In this document: in pieces, positions 62,772 through 63,811 of the stretch
Position numbering within the stretch: position 1 is the first letter of the stretch
How the letters are laid out: each line of letters starts with the position of its first letter
NCBI GenBank assembly: GCA_001179505.1
Contig: CDMY01000421.1
Span: 16,397-80,207, forward strand
Source: Vitrella brassicaformis CCMP3155
Taxonomy: Eukaryota > Protista > Chromerida
DNA: 63,811 nt
Reading direction: 5' to 3'
The notes under the pieces: generated by a model
Database searches by the model: none
What the model saw: only the letters and a program-made list of their open reading frames with translations
What the model was told of the DNA's origin: nothing
Made by a program: the position numbers and the translations under genes

Positions 62772-63538
62772 CACAGGAGGGGAGATGTGTTGAACCCTCC
62801 CGCACTCGACTGCCCTTCTGGTCTTGAGAATGCCGTCAAGTCCCTCATGCGAGATGTCCACATAGCGAAAGCCGGATGGGTATTTCTTGGTGCCGAGAGA
62901 GGCTCGCTGACAGATACATGCACACAGACACACATACACAGACACACACACGGAGATAGAGACCGAGCGAAGATAGAGACCGAGCGAAGACAATACGAAA
63001 GTGAGAATACCTGCCCGCCCTGGCCGTTCAGCCATACAATGCGCCCATGTGAAGAGACCAGCAGCTTCGACTGGAGGTTGGGATATATCGAATTGAAGAG
63101 GCGGGAGGTTCTCGGGTCTTTCAGGATCTCCCCCTCCGCCAACTCCACCCCCGAGTAGGCAGTTTGGTGGTTCATAACGGACACGAAATCCCCACCTGAA
63201 CCGCGTAGGCTGTCTCTGATGGTGGCGGCCGACAGACCCGTTCTTCTTGCCGCCTCCTCTTGGCTGGATACCTTCAGGTCTGGCTGGCCTTGTCGGCGGA
63301 TCACCATCGGGAACCCTGCCGTCGTGCGTGGGGCCTTCTGCACTGATGGCTCTGCAGCTGACGAGAAGCTTCTGCAGTGGCTGTTTGTGTGGCCATGGTG
63401 CCCATGGCGAGGAGGGGAAGAAAGAAAGGAGGGAGCCTCAGGGGAGAGGAGGGCCTCGCAGCCCTCGCTGAAACTTGAAGCTCTTGTCAGCCGTCGGCCT
63501 GCCGCGGTAGCGTGCTTTGCTGTTCTCCAGAAAGCCAT
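62766..63538 (-). CDS. NUMOD1 + NUMOD4-like DNA-binding protein with mitochondrial-type presequence (about 222 aa, 2 exons)
   Basis: Leader MAFWRTAKHATAAGRRLTRASSFS...RSFSS. NUMOD1-like HTH is VSSQEEAARRTGLSAATIRDSL. NUMOD4-like is SIYPNLQSKLLVSSHGRI, followed by |RASLGTKKYPSGFRYVDI. Intron 63010-62907 is in phase 0. Confidence 0.6.
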
Positions 63539-63811
63539 CTTTCTGCACTTGAAGAGGAAAATTGTTGAAGTTGCTGCGTGCCGAACACACACCGTGGTCA
63601 GAAGGATCAATCTCTGCCGTACAAGCCTTTACGCAAGGCACGCAACGCACGAGTCCATCATGGGCATGGCCAGCCCGCCAAGCAAGACACGCACGAGAGC
63701 TGCCAACGCTCACCGAAGATGCACGAAATAGAAAGACATGTCTGCAAGCTAAGCACAAACCCTGCTATCAAAACCCAACACCCCTTCTCACCTCACGGCG
63801 AAGCTGAGAGG

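Larger units (their letters stand above)
1..63811. repeat. Pervasive intronic and intergenic microsatellites ((CA)n, (GT)n, (GA)n, (GACA)n, (GATG)n, (GCAT)n-type)
   Basis: Directly visible in nearly every intron, e.g. 21487-21511, 31501-31541, 28337-28367 and 33263-33294. Confidence 0.98.

Noticed and set aside
1-63811. rRNA, tRNA or autonomous transposon (RT/transposase) genes
   Set aside because: None recognised by eye. A tRNAscan/Rfam/RepeatMasker run would be needed to exclude small ones such as intronic snoRNAs.

Overview
Intron-rich eukaryotic nuclear DNA with short introns packed with (CA)n/(GT)n/(GACA)n/(GATG)n microsatellites. The gene content is alveolate-like (ApiAP2 domains, helical-repeat protein, bipartite plastid leaders), most consistent with a chromerid such as Vitrella brassicaformis (inference). 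I assembled about 21 protein-coding loci by hand from GT-AG junctions: the 3' part of acetyl-CoA carboxylase, EMC2, a DUF6816-like plastid protein, UBC2/RAD6, GAR1, a secreted Cys-repeat protein, a lesioned pseudokinase/IQ/Pro-rich locus, TCTP, a plastid helical-repeat protein, an F-box/Zn protein, SerA/PHGDH, a BBOX-like dioxygenase, phospholipase B-like, DUS2, SAR1, SEC66, the ATP synthase gamma subunit, a hypothetical protein, a NEK kinase and a terminal cluster. There are three 300-nt N gaps. The most notable feature is the terminal cluster at 57.2-63.6 kb: an intact 13-exon, highly divergent Spo11/TopoVI-A-like gene lies 78 bp head-to-head with a double-AP2 gene that is followed by an HNH-motif exon. 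It is also tail-to-tail, sharing the palindrome TCATGA as both stop codons, with a NUMOD1/NUMOD4 gene, so all three carry nuclease or homing-endonuclease-type modules. Other highlights are a YGCGAGCT motif in 11 of 13 promoter intervals, AC...GT polarity in introns, and a 129-nt near-perfect hairpin. All family assignments come from motif recognition, not database searches.
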